Below, piece after piece: positions 49,848 through 59,238 of a stretch of 64,000 bases of DNA. Source of the stretch: an uncultured Candidatus Saccharibacteria bacterium (lineage in GTDB: Bacteria; Patescibacteriota; Saccharimonadia; Saccharimonadales; CAYZZS01); NCBI GenBank assembly GCA_964620175.1, contig CAZUIL010000001.1:12584-76583 (forward strand), written 5' to 3'. Positions within the stretch are counted from its first letter, which is position 1, and each line of letters starts with the position of its first letter. Under the pieces are notes generated by a model that was not told the origin of the DNA, made no database searches, and saw only the letters and a program-made list of their open reading frames with translations. Position numbers and translations under genes: made by a program.

Positions 49848-50969
49848 ATGCTTACAGAAGCTCCCCTTGACGGCAAAGCCGCAGCGCTCGAGCACGAGCG
49901 TCTCACCAGCCTGATCAATAGCATGGCTGACGGCGTAATTGCTACCGACGAACAAGCGAATATCGTCCTGTACAACGGAGCGGCACTGAACATATTGGAC
50001 AGCAACCGTGACATTACCGGCCGGCCGCTCGCAAGCCACATGCGGCTGATTGACGCCGAGGGACAGCTTGTTAATGTACAGGAGCTCATTACCAAGATCA
50101 GGACGCCGCTCGTGTCACGGGATTACCGGCTTGAATATGCGGATAAGAGCGCTGTCAACCTGTATTTAAGTATCGCGCCGGTGCGCTTGGGCTACGGCCA
50201 AAACGGAAAACGCGGCTACGTGGTGCTGCTGCGCGACATCACGCGCGAAAAGTCACTTGAGGAAGAGCGTGACGAGTTCATCAGCGTTGTCAGCCACGAA
50301 CTGCGCACCCCTGTTACCATCGCCGAGGGCAATATTGGCAACGCCCGGTACATCTTTGAAAGGCACGGCGATTTGACGCAGGTGGAATCAGCGCTCAAGG
50401 CGGCGCATGACCAGGTTACTTTTCTGGCCGGCCTCATCAACGACCTCTCGACGCTTGCCCGGGCAGAGCGCGGTAAGCTGACATTGGAAATAAGCGAAAT
50501 CAACGCCCACAACCTGTTAACTGCGCTGGTGTCCGAATATGAACCGCAGGCAACGACAAAAGGCCTTGAGATTAAAAGTGAGCTCGACCCGCACCTGGAA
50601 ACCCTGTACTCGAGCGAACTGTACGTGCGTGAGATTTTGCAGAACTTCATCACCAACGCCATAAAGTACACCGAGCATGGAAGCGTGACTGTTGGCGCAA
50701 AGGCACAGCATAACGGCGTGGAATTCTTTGTCAGGGATACGGGTATAGGCATCAGCAAGGGCGACCAGGCAAAGGTATTTGACAAGTTCTTTCGCTCTGA
50801 GGACTACCGGACCCGCAAGAACAGCGGTACCGGCATCGGCCTGTATATCACGATTAAGCTTGCTAAGATAATAGGCGCCCAGATACGGATGGAGAGCGAG
50901 CTGAACAAAGGGTCGACATTCACCTTGGCGGTGCCCAACCTAAGCCGGGAAAGCCAGCAAAAGCAATGA
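49848..50969 (+). CDS. Cytoplasmic PAS-domain sensor histidine kinase
   Basis: PAS-like N-terminus, HisKA H-box SHELRTP, and HATPase_c motifs (N, G1 DTGIGI, G2 GTGIGL). No adjacent response regulator. Confidence 0.8.
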   Translation: MLTEAPLDGKAAALEHERLTSLINSMADGVIATDEQANIVLYNGAALNILDSNRDITGRPLASHMRLIDAEGQLVNVQELITKIRTPLVSRDYRLEYADKSAVNLYLSIAPVRLGYGQNGKRGYVVLLRDITREKSLEEERDEFISVVSHELRTPVTIAEGNIGNARYIFERHGDLTQVESALKAAHDQVTFLAGLINDLSTLARAERGKLTLEISEINAHNLLTALVSEYEPQATTKGLEIKSELDPHLETLYSSELYVREILQNFITNAIKYTEHGSVTVGAKAQHNGVEFFVRDTGIGISKGDQAKVFDKFFRSEDYRTRKNSGTGIGLYITIKLAKIIGAQIRMESELNKGSTFTLAVPNLSRESQQKQ

Positions 50970-51087
50970 AACGGCTGTGCAACGCAACCTGTTGCACAAT
51001 TGTTGCCACTGGTGTAGTATTGACTTGACGGACCTACAGGAATGTAGGTTTTTTAATTGCCTATGAATGGCAGGGAGAGACACCCAA

Positions 51088-51495
51088 ATGGCACAGGAAG
51101 GCCAAAAGCGTAAACCGAGGATCCGCAAGCAGCCAACGGTACGTGAAAAGACTGAGCAGGCACGGTCCGATACACAGCGCCCGCGCCGCATCAGGAAATC
51201 AGCAGGCAAGGTAGGCAAACCGCTCCGCGTCCTATCGGCCGCCGGCAAGAAGGAATACTACTTGCCACTGCCCGATAACCGCCTCGGCCGCTTCTTAAAC
51301 AAGCGCCGTAAACTCCTGCCCAGCTACTTCAGGGAAAGTTGGCAAGAGCTTCGCCGCGTTACGTGGCCTGGCCGGAAGGAAACACTCAAGCTGACGCTTG
51401 CGGTTTTCATTTTCGCCATTGTGTTCGGTGTTGCGATCTCTCTGACAGATTACGGCTTAGACAAACTATTTAGAAAGGTCCTGCTACGATCATGA
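51088..51495 (+). CDS. secE: Preprotein translocase subunit SecE (with basic N-terminal extension)
   Basis: C-terminal WPGRKETLKLTLAVFIFAIVFGV SecE TM. SD AGGGAGAG lies before the ATG at 51088. An alternative start is at 51067. Confidence 0.8.
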   Translation: MAQEGQKRKPRIRKQPTVREKTEQARSDTQRPRRIRKSAGKVGKPLRVLSAAGKKEYYLPLPDNRLGRFLNKRRKLLPSYFRESWQELRRVTWPGRKETLKLTLAVFIFAIVFGVAISLTDYGLDKLFRKVLLRS

Positions 51496-52034
51496 GCAAA
51501 CGTTACGACAGTACCAAACACTGGTACGCGATACATACTTACAGCGGCTACGAAGAGAAGGTAGCCGAAAGCATTCGCCAGCGCGCCGAAAGCCTGGACA
51601 TGAAAGACAAGATATTCCAGGTACTGGTGCCTAAGGAAAAGATGATAGAGGTAAAGAACGGCAAGCGAAAGGTAGTGGAAAAGCGCATTTTCCAAGGCTA
51701 CGTGCTCGTGCAAATGAAGCTGAGCGAAGATGCCTGGTATATCGTGCGCAACACGCCATCGGTTACCGGCTTCGTGGGGAGCGGTTCAGAGCCGACGCCT
51801 ATCGCACAGGATGAGATGGAAAAGATCATGAAGCGCATGGGCCGTGAAGAGCCGAAGCACAAGATTGATTACAACATCGGTGAGGTCGTCAATATCACCG
51901 ACGGGCCGTTTAAGGGCTTTGACGGCACCATAAGTGAAATTGACGTACAGAAGGGCAAACTGAAGGTTCTGGTTAACATGTTTGGCCGGGAAACTCCAGT
52001 AGAGCTTGATAGCTTGCAGGTAAAGCGTGTATGA
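51492..52034 (+). CDS. nusG: Transcription antiterminator NusG
   Basis: NGN domain (WYAIHTYSGYE) and C-terminal KOW. Confidence 0.92.
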   Translation: MSKRYDSTKHWYAIHTYSGYEEKVAESIRQRAESLDMKDKIFQVLVPKEKMIEVKNGKRKVVEKRIFQGYVLVQMKLSEDAWYIVRNTPSVTGFVGSGSEPTPIAQDEMEKIMKRMGREEPKHKIDYNIGEVVNITDGPFKGFDGTISEIDVQKGKLKVLVNMFGRETPVELDSLQVKRV

Positions 52035-52308
52035 GCAGGGAAGCCTAAATAAAGAGGCCGTACGGGAACAGGCTGATAGCAGCGCTAGCTACACTACGCT
52101 GGAACGAAAGGCTGCAGTTGCTGTCACTGCTGGCGTCGCAACACTAGGGGGAGCATTAGCGCTGATTGAGTGCGGCTATGTCAACCCGGCTACAATTATT
52201 GCTACTGGTGTCGGCTCCATACTGTTTGGCAGCGGGATTGTCGCGGTACACGCAAGCGCCGGCAACCAGACTGAGCGGGCAACACTGGACAACAGGGGTG
52301 ATGTATAG
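52027..52308 (+). CDS. Small glycine-zipper two-TM membrane protein between nusG and rplK
   Basis: GTG start overlapping the nusG stop. TM helices AAVAVTAGVATLGGALALI and IIATGVGSILFGSGIVAV. Paralog of 47503-47865. Confidence 0.4.
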   Translation: MYEQGSLNKEAVREQADSSASYTTLERKAAVAVTAGVATLGGALALIECGYVNPATIIATGVGSILFGSGIVAVHASAGNQTERATLDNRGDV

Positions 52309-52421
52309 TAAAATTAACCGGTTACGCACCATCAGCTTGGGATTGGGAAACCAGCATACAGCTTCTTTAACGCTAATTCCTGTTTCCATGCTGCTAACTA
52401 CTTAAGATAACGGAGTATACC

Positions 52422-52853
52422 GTGGCAGACGCAAAGCAAGTAAAAGCTAATTTGAAGATGAAAATCCGCGGCGGCCAGGCCAGTGCAGCGCCACCGGTCG
52501 GTAGCACCCTTGGCCAGTACGGCGTAAACATGATGGATTTCATCAACCCGTTCAACGAACAAACCAAGGACATGATGGGGCAAAACGTTACGGTGCACAT
52601 TACCATTTATGATGACCGCACCATGACGTGGCGGGTCGTGGGCACGCCAACCGACGACTTAATCCGCAACGCGTTGAAAATCGATAAGGGTTCCGGCAAG
52701 CCAAACAGTGAGAAGATTGCCAAGAAGCTCAGCCAAAACCAGCTTCGGGAAATCGCCGAAGCAAAGGCCAAGGACATGAATGCTGACAGCATCGAATCCG
52801 TCATGAAGATGGTAGCCGGTACTGCCCGCAGCATGGGAGTCGAAGTCGAGTAA
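52422..52853 (+). CDS. rplK: 50S ribosomal protein L11
   Basis: L11 homolog. GTG start. Confidence 0.93.
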   Translation: MADAKQVKANLKMKIRGGQASAAPPVGSTLGQYGVNMMDFINPFNEQTKDMMGQNVTVHITIYDDRTMTWRVVGTPTDDLIRNALKIDKGSGKPNSEKIAKKLSQNQLREIAEAKAKDMNADSIESVMKMVAGTARSMGVEVE

Positions 52854-52913
52854 CAACTAACCGTGGGACCCTGACAACTGGATGCCAGGGGCTTGTACCA
52901 CAAAGGAGCAATT

Positions 52914-53906
52914 ATGCCGAAGGCAAAACAACAGGCAGAAGAAGCCGTAGAGGCAATTAAGGGGGAGGTAACTGATGGGAATACTAAAGAAGGCAATCAA
53001 GCTGCGGCTGAAGCAGCTCAAAAACCAGCCGAAGAAGTAAAAACAGCGGAAACTGGCGACAGCCCAGCAAAGAAGCCATTGGCAAAGTCGGGAAAGCGCA
53101 GTGCCAAGGCAATCAAAGAAGCCGAAACATTGGCTGCCAAGAAAGAGCGCAAGGAAGCTGGTCAAGACGAGAAGGACGAAAAGCCTAAACAGGCGCAGAA
53201 ACCAGCCCGTTCAAAGCTGGAACGCCGCGGCAAAAAATTCCGCGAGGCAGCCAAGCTTATTGAGAAGGGCAAAGAATACCCGCTTGAACAAGCAGTGGAG
53301 CTGGCAGCAAAAACCAGTACTACTAAGTTTGACGCCACCGTTGAGCTGCACGTGCGGCTAAGTGTCGACCCAAGGCATTCCGACCAGAATGTACGGGATT
53401 CGCTCATCCTTCCGGCCGGTACGGGCAAAGTGGTGCGCGTAGCTGTCTTTGCCGAGGATGATGACGCCGCGAAAGCCAAGGCGGCCGGCGCTGACCTGGC
53501 GGGCACCGATACTATCACCGGCAAGCTTGAAAAAGGAATCATTGAATTTGACACACTCATCGCCACGCCTGCCGTCATGGCCCGGCTTGGCAAGTTTGCC
53601 CGCCTGCTTGGGCCAAAGGGCCTGATGCCGAACCCTAAGAGCGGCACGGTAACCGGTGACGTCGCGAAGGCTGTCAAGGACGCTAAGGCCGGCAAAGTTG
53701 ATTACCGCGTAGACAGTACCGGGATCGTACACGTCGGCATCGGGAAAGTAAGCTTTGGGGCTGACAAACTGCTTGAGAATGCCAACGCTGTCATCGCCAG
53801 TATCAAGGCTGCCAAGCCAGCCTCTGTAAAGGGAACGTACGTCCGCTCGGCTTTCGTGACAACAAGCATGGGACCAAGCGTCAAAGTCGCTACCGCCGCC
53901 CTCTAG
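52914..53906 (+). CDS. rplA: 50S ribosomal protein L1 with ~110-aa K/A/E-rich N-terminal extension
   Basis: The C-terminal 220 aa are L1. The N-terminus is low-complexity lysine/alanine/glutamate-rich. SD AAGGAG. Confidence 0.9.
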   Translation: MPKAKQQAEEAVEAIKGEVTDGNTKEGNQAAAEAAQKPAEEVKTAETGDSPAKKPLAKSGKRSAKAIKEAETLAAKKERKEAGQDEKDEKPKQAQKPARSKLERRGKKFREAAKLIEKGKEYPLEQAVELAAKTSTTKFDATVELHVRLSVDPRHSDQNVRDSLILPAGTGKVVRVAVFAEDDDAAKAKAAGADLAGTDTITGKLEKGIIEFDTLIATPAVMARLGKFARLLGPKGLMPNPKSGTVTGDVAKAVKDAKAGKVDYRVDSTGIVHVGIGKVSFGADKLLENANAVIASIKAAKPASVKGTYVRSAFVTTSMGPSVKVATAAL

Positions 53907-53956
53907 CAGCCCAGCTCCTGTTGCCTGCCTCAGGCAACTAATGTTTAATAGAGCTT

Positions 53957-54754
53957 ATGCTGCTAATAGGTATGACCGGGCCGATCGGCCACGGCAAGAG
54001 TACGTTGGCTAAGGCACTCAAGAAGATTGAGCCCTCTACCGTACATCTTGAATCCAGCATGGTGATCGCGGAAGTAGCGAATGCCATGCACACGGCATTG
54101 CGAAGCGTGCCCGTTGAAGGCAACCTCGATTTCATTAACGACTGGCTGAAGTCCTTGCCGCCGATTTTAAACCAGGCTGTCCATACCCAGACCAGTTACG
54201 AGCAAATTAGGATTGACCCACAGGCAGTTCAGGAGCACCCGGTAGAATACGAGAAGCTTTTCCTCCATGTAAAGAACATCATTCGGAACCCTGTGCTTGC
54301 CCAGCAGGAAATAACACCTGAAAACAAAGAAGCCTACCGGCCGTTTTTACAGTGGCTTGGCGGTTACCTGGTCGCCAAGATTAACCCACGCCTCTGGTAC
54401 GAAGAGATCATCAGGCGGGCGTATGAAGCAGAGTCCCGTGGCTGCAAATTATGTATTGTCGGCGGCTTGCGCTATCCTACCGACGCACAGCTCATTCGGC
54501 AAGCCGGCGGTTTTATCTTTAAAGTCTACCGGCCGGGACACTTACAAAACGACATACTGGACCCAACCGAACGCGAACGTGACAACATACAGGTCGACAG
54601 TACGATAGTGAGCAACGGCACCATCGAAGACCTGAACAAATGCGCCGTCATCGTGCTGGAGGACGCCAAGCGAAATGAGCTGAGGTCGGTGTACCAGACG
54701 TTGGATTTCCGTGACAAGCCATTGCCAGCCGGACAACCAAGCCCGTCGGCATAG
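53957..54754 (+). CDS. P-loop nucleotide/nucleoside kinase-like protein
   Basis: Walker A GMTGPIGHGKST (of the dephospho-CoA kinase / dNMP kinase type). Sits in a nucleotide-metabolism neighbourhood. Confidence 0.5.
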   Translation: MLLIGMTGPIGHGKSTLAKALKKIEPSTVHLESSMVIAEVANAMHTALRSVPVEGNLDFINDWLKSLPPILNQAVHTQTSYEQIRIDPQAVQEHPVEYEKLFLHVKNIIRNPVLAQQEITPENKEAYRPFLQWLGGYLVAKINPRLWYEEIIRRAYEAESRGCKLCIVGGLRYPTDAQLIRQAGGFIFKVYRPGHLQNDILDPTERERDNIQVDSTIVSNGTIEDLNKCAVIVLEDAKRNELRSVYQTLDFRDKPLPAGQPSPSA

Positions 54755-54832
54755 TTGTAATTTTGAGGCAGGGCTTGCAACCGGTGTTTGACATCTCGTA
54801 CACTATTATTGAATGATTGGAGAGGGTAACTG

Positions 54833-55546
54833 ATGGGGGTGTACAGCAACACTCAGATACGGCAAGCACTTGAGGAGGGGCACATCGTTTGCCGGCCGTT
54901 TAATCCCAAGCACGTCAGCCATGCCAGCCTTGATGTGACGCTCGGCCACTACTATTATCGAACCGGCCAGGCTCAGAAGGGCTATGTGTATAATCCATTC
55001 GATAAATCAGATGTACTGCGCTACTTCAGCGACGTGCACGAGGCAGTAAAGCACAAGACATGGTGTGATGCGAATGGCGTAAAGCTATTAGCCGGTATCC
55101 CGGCAGACCACCCGGTCATCCCCCTAAAGCCAGGCGAGCGGATACTCGCGCATACGCATGAGTTCTTTGGCATTAAACCGCCGGGAGCATATGAGATCAA
55201 GAGCCGTTCAAGCTGGGGACGCAACGGCATTGCGGTTTGTTTTGATGCAGGTTGGGTTGATCCGGGCTACATTAACCGCTTAACACTTGAGATTTACAAC
55301 CTTAATGAACACGAAACTGTACTGCTACCGGTGGGCGAACGCATAGCTCAGGCGGTGTTTTATGAGACCGGTCCGGTTGATGGTAATTATGGAGAGGGAC
55401 GCGACAAGGGCTTTAGCGGTAAGTATCAATCCGGCACCAACCTAGATGTGTTAATAAAGAACTGGACGCCCGATCAAATGCTGCCGCGCGCCTACAAGGA
55501 TACCCGCAGCTTGCCTGAGACAATCAAGGGCCTTAAAGCGCTATGA
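54833..55546 (+). CDS. dcd: dCTP deaminase / dUTPase-superfamily protein
   Basis: AGWVDPGYINRLTLEIYNLN matches the Dcd/Dut jelly-roll active-site motif. SD GGAGAGGG. Confidence 0.65.
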   Translation: MGVYSNTQIRQALEEGHIVCRPFNPKHVSHASLDVTLGHYYYRTGQAQKGYVYNPFDKSDVLRYFSDVHEAVKHKTWCDANGVKLLAGIPADHPVIPLKPGERILAHTHEFFGIKPPGAYEIKSRSSWGRNGIAVCFDAGWVDPGYINRLTLEIYNLNEHETVLLPVGERIAQAVFYETGPVDGNYGEGRDKGFSGKYQSGTNLDVLIKNWTPDQMLPRAYKDTRSLPETIKGLKAL

Positions 55547-55586
55547 CTACTGTAAGCACCCTTTGGGATCTAACGGAGGAAGCCGT

Positions 55587-56369
55587 ATGGTGCGCAGCTT
55601 AGAGAACCTGCCAGCACAGCATGAGTACGAAACGAAATTGCCGGTTCTGCAGGATATCCATAGCATTGATTCGCTGCGCCAGCCGTTCTTACAAACTCAC
55701 TATGCGGAAAAGTTGGCGGCAAATCCGCCCCGCTTCTTCCGCTATGTTTGGGATGACGTTGAGAAGTTTAAAGAGAAGTTTGGTCCAGATGTTGACCCAG
55801 TGCAGCATGGCCCCTACCAAGCCCGTACTATCGCCATCCCTATGATTGAAGCACAGCGCCAGGCAGACAACCTGCCGCAACTGTCAGCGTTTGAGGAAGC
55901 TCATTTTGTAGCCTTGCATGTCGTACATGACGACCACGAGGGGATAACCGGCGATACAGACAAACTCGACCGGACAATTGAAATGGAGCATGCCGAGTTT
56001 GTAGAATGGAAGAGGATTATCACCGAAATACATGGTGAAGCTAAAACTGCAGAGTTTATCAGTATGGCAGTATTATTCATGCATGGTGACGGAGGGTTTA
56101 AAGCTGACTTCTGGGAAGCCAGCGAGGTCTTAGGCTACTACGAAAGCGGTGTCCGTGCCTGGCTACTCGGTGATGAAGACGGCTTAACAGACACCGAACG
56201 TAAAAAGGCACTGACCATGGGTTATTGGGTTGTGGCCCACAATCTTCGCACCCTTGAGTCTGTCAGAGATAAGATCGCGCATGTCGACGAAATCCTTATT
56301 AGTACCGCAGACATAGTGGGGGCTATCTGCAAAGCATCCGACATAACCAGACAGGAGTTGATGCTGTAA
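55587..56369 (+). CDS. HD-domain phosphohydrolase (5'-deoxynucleotidase YfbR-like)
   Basis: The H...HD...D pattern (VQHG ... LHVVHDDHEGITGD). SD GGAGGA before the ATG at 55587. A TTG alternative is at 55563. Confidence 0.5.
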   Translation: MVRSLENLPAQHEYETKLPVLQDIHSIDSLRQPFLQTHYAEKLAANPPRFFRYVWDDVEKFKEKFGPDVDPVQHGPYQARTIAIPMIEAQRQADNLPQLSAFEEAHFVALHVVHDDHEGITGDTDKLDRTIEMEHAEFVEWKRIITEIHGEAKTAEFISMAVLFMHGDGGFKADFWEASEVLGYYESGVRAWLLGDEDGLTDTERKKALTMGYWVVAHNLRTLESVRDKIAHVDEILISTADIVGAICKASDITRQELML

Positions 56370-58690
56370 TGGGCACGACACAGGGCACATTTATCGTTAT
56401 AGAAGGTACCGATGGGTCAGGCAAGGGCACGCAGTTCAAGCTGCTTGTCGACAAGCTGAAAGATGAGGGGTATGACGTCGCAGGCTTTGATTTCCCGCGC
56501 TATGACGAGCCTTCTAGCTATTTTGTCCGTGAGTATCTAAACGGCAACTATGGTACAGCCGAAGAGGTCGGCCCGTACACCGCCTCGATGTTCTATGCAC
56601 TTGACCGTTACCAAGCGGCACCTGATATCCAGCGCGCGCTTGATGATGGCAAAGTAGTAGTTGCGAACCGTTTCACCGGCTCCAGCATGGCGCACCAGGG
56701 CACCAAGTTCCATAATGCCGAAGAGCGCCGCGGCTATTTTATCTGGCTTGATAACCTTGAGTACCAGATGCTTGGCATACCGCGCCCGGACAAGAGCTTT
56801 GTGCTGCGAGTACCCGCCGATACGGCACAAAAGCTCGTCGACCAAAAGGAGAAGCGAAGCTATACTGACAAGAAACGTGACATCCATGAAGCTGATATCA
56901 ATCACCTCACCATGGCGGTGGAGGTGTATGATGACCTCTGCCAACTCTTTCCGCGTGACTTTTCACGCATCGATTGCGTCCGCAATGATGAGCTTCTCGA
57001 TGTCACAACTATTAGTAAACTACTGTGGGAGAAAGTACAGCCTATGATGCCGCCAAAGCCCGATGGGACGGATCGAAAAAAAAATAAACCAAAAGAAGTG
57101 ATTTCAGATAATCCATTCGTAAAAAAGACTGCTGATGGCTACCAGGTTACTGAGCAAGGCAAGCAGTTCCTGGGCGAAGCAGTCACCGATGTGGACGGCG
57201 ATGTGTATGCCTTTAGCGAAACGTTAAGTCCTGTCACGATTGCGGCAGCAATGGCAAGACTAAGCCGCCGGGGGGATGACATGCGTATCACCATTCTTGA
57301 CGAGTTCGCCGCATCGCTTGGCAAGGACGAACAGCTGCTGCAGCGGGTCATCACGGCATATGGCGACGACTCTGTGCAGCAACTCGTCGGCCAGCATGTC
57401 GTAGTAGAAGGGGCGAGCAATTTACTGACGAAGAAGCTGGAGTGGGGCAGGCTTGCGGCTTATCTTGAGCAGTCCACCCGTTATATTTATTTTGACCAAA
57501 AGGACAGTTCCGGTAATTACCGTTACTACACGCCGAACACCCTCGTTGGTAAGGCTGCAAGGCACTACAACCAGCAGATGGATCGGATATTTGAGCTGTA
57601 TTCAAAGATGGTGCGCGAACTGACTAAATACGTGCAGGACAAATCCACGGTTCCGGAGTCTGAGCGCGATATTGCCTGGAAGGGAGCTACTCGTGCCCAA
57701 GCTTGTGACGCTATACGGCCAGTGCTGCCGGTGGCAACTAAATCAACAGTCGGCATCTACGCATCTGGCCAGGCGCTGGAGAGCCTGATAATGCACCTGC
57801 TAAGCGACGAACTGCAGGAAGCAAGGGATACCGGTGAGAAGATGCTGCGTGAGGCCCGGAAAGTTATACCTACCTTCTTGGAGCGGGCCGACAAGCCGGA
57901 CCGGGGCGGTGCAGCCATTGCCTACCGGAGCAATACCCGCTCAGCCGTGAAGCAGCTGGCGAATGGGCTCCTAAAAGAGACTTATGGTTCGTCTGTTGAA
58001 CCGGTCCAGCTGTTAAGTGCCTGGCCGCGGAATGAACTCGACCTAGTGCCCGATATGCTCTATGAGCATAGCAGCTTGCCGCTCAGCGAGATCATTAGCC
58101 AAGCCCAGGGATGGGATTATGATAAAAAGGTCAGGGTATTCAATGCCTATATCGGCGAACGGCTCAATCGGCGCCACCGGCCTGGCCGTGCGCTGGAAAA
58201 GGCCCACTATAGTTGGGATCTGGTCTGCGACTACGGGATTTTCCGTGACCTCCAGCGGCACCGGATGGTTGACGACCTCGCCTGGCAAATGCTGACTCCC
58301 CGCTACGGCTATAATGTCCCGACACTAGTCGAAGAGGCAAACTTAACTGAGGAGTTTCAGGAATGTTTTGACATTAGCCTGGAGCTTTATAGCTACTTAC
58401 AATCTGAAGGGTATGAGCTTGAAGCCCAGTACGCGACGCTCCTCGGCCATAAGATGCGCTGGAAAGTTACCTACAACGCCCGTGAGGCGTTCCATCTCCA
58501 TGAGTTACGCACCAGTCCGCAGGGACACCCCGGCTACCGTAAATTGGTATCGGAAATGCATGAAAAGCTAGCCGAAGTACACCCGTTGCTGGCTGACGCT
58601 ATGAAGTTCGTTAACCGCGATGAGGATCCTGAACTGACCCGCTTGGCGGCGGAGCGCTACACACAGTTCAAGTTAAAGCAACTAACTTAA
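56369..58690 (+). CDS. tmk-thyX: Thymidylate kinase fused to tandem flavin-dependent thymidylate synthase (ThyX) domains
   Basis: N-terminal FIVIEGTDGSGKGTQ P-loop with the DRY...SMAHQG Tmk motifs. Two ThyX-like repeats follow: the first is degenerate (WGR...STRY), the second keeps the RHR signature (FRDLQRHRMVDD), NAREAFHLHELR and a C-terminal helix. Confidence 0.7.
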   Translation: MGTTQGTFIVIEGTDGSGKGTQFKLLVDKLKDEGYDVAGFDFPRYDEPSSYFVREYLNGNYGTAEEVGPYTASMFYALDRYQAAPDIQRALDDGKVVVANRFTGSSMAHQGTKFHNAEERRGYFIWLDNLEYQMLGIPRPDKSFVLRVPADTAQKLVDQKEKRSYTDKKRDIHEADINHLTMAVEVYDDLCQLFPRDFSRIDCVRNDELLDVTTISKLLWEKVQPMMPPKPDGTDRKKNKPKEVISDNPFVKKTADGYQVTEQGKQFLGEAVTDVDGDVYAFSETLSPVTIAAAMARLSRRGDDMRITILDEFAASLGKDEQLLQRVITAYGDDSVQQLVGQHVVVEGASNLLTKKLEWGRLAAYLEQSTRYIYFDQKDSSGNYRYYTPNTLVGKAARHYNQQMDRIFELYSKMVRELTKYVQDKSTVPESERDIAWKGATRAQACDAIRPVLPVATKSTVGIYASGQALESLIMHLLSDELQEARDTGEKMLREARKVIPTFLERADKPDRGGAAIAYRSNTRSAVKQLANGLLKETYGSSVEPVQLLSAWPRNELDLVPDMLYEHSSLPLSEIISQAQGWDYDKKVRVFNAYIGERLNRRHRPGRALEKAHYSWDLVCDYGIFRDLQRHRMVDDLAWQMLTPRYGYNVPTLVEEANLTEEFQECFDISLELYSYLQSEGYELEAQYATLLGHKMRWKVTYNAREAFHLHELRTSPQGHPGYRKLVSEMHEKLAEVHPLLADAMKFVNRDEDPELTRLAAERYTQFKLKQLT

Positions 58691-58962
58691 ATACCGTCCT
58701 CTCTCATTCTTATGAAGGCCATGATTGCTTGCTGTCCGAGACTTGTTTCAATAGATTTAACTTCAATATCTACTTGATTCAAGTGGCTGTCCAATTGTTC
58801 CACAATGTCTCGCAGATGCCAGTGCGGCGTCTGGCCATTCAGTTCAATTTCCAGACCGTTATTTTCACGAATGTAATTAATAAACTCACCACCAGTCAGT
58901 CGGGATTCTGCTTCAGGTTCTTTTTTACTACCAATTGTGTGTTGTCTCTCAAAAACTGACAT
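58687..58962 (-). CDS. Hypothetical protein (minus strand, convergent with tmk-thyX)
   Basis: 91 aa with SD GGAG 6-9 nt upstream of the ATG. No family recognised. Confidence 0.45.
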   Translation of the reverse strand: MSVFERQHTIGSKKEPEAESRLTGGEFINYIRENNGLEIELNGQTPHWHLRDIVEQLDSHLNQVDIEVKSIETSLGQQAIMAFIRMREDGI

Positions 58963-59238
58963 TTTGTAACTCCGAACGTTATTTATACGCTTTTACACAC
59001 TAAAATCAACTGTCTGCTTGGAATGGCAATTGGAGAGAATTAGGAAATGCGAGCTTATAAAAGCTCAAGCAAAGTTCCTATAAGAGACGGTAGGCCCTGA
59101 GAGACGCAAGAAAAGTTGCGCAACCATTCTCAGAGAGGCGAACAGCGCTATGTACGCTAATCAGGGTCAATGAATTACCCTGCCGCCCGCTACGGAACAT
59201 CGTTGTCCGATAGCCCTACCTGACAGCTTGTGCATCGG

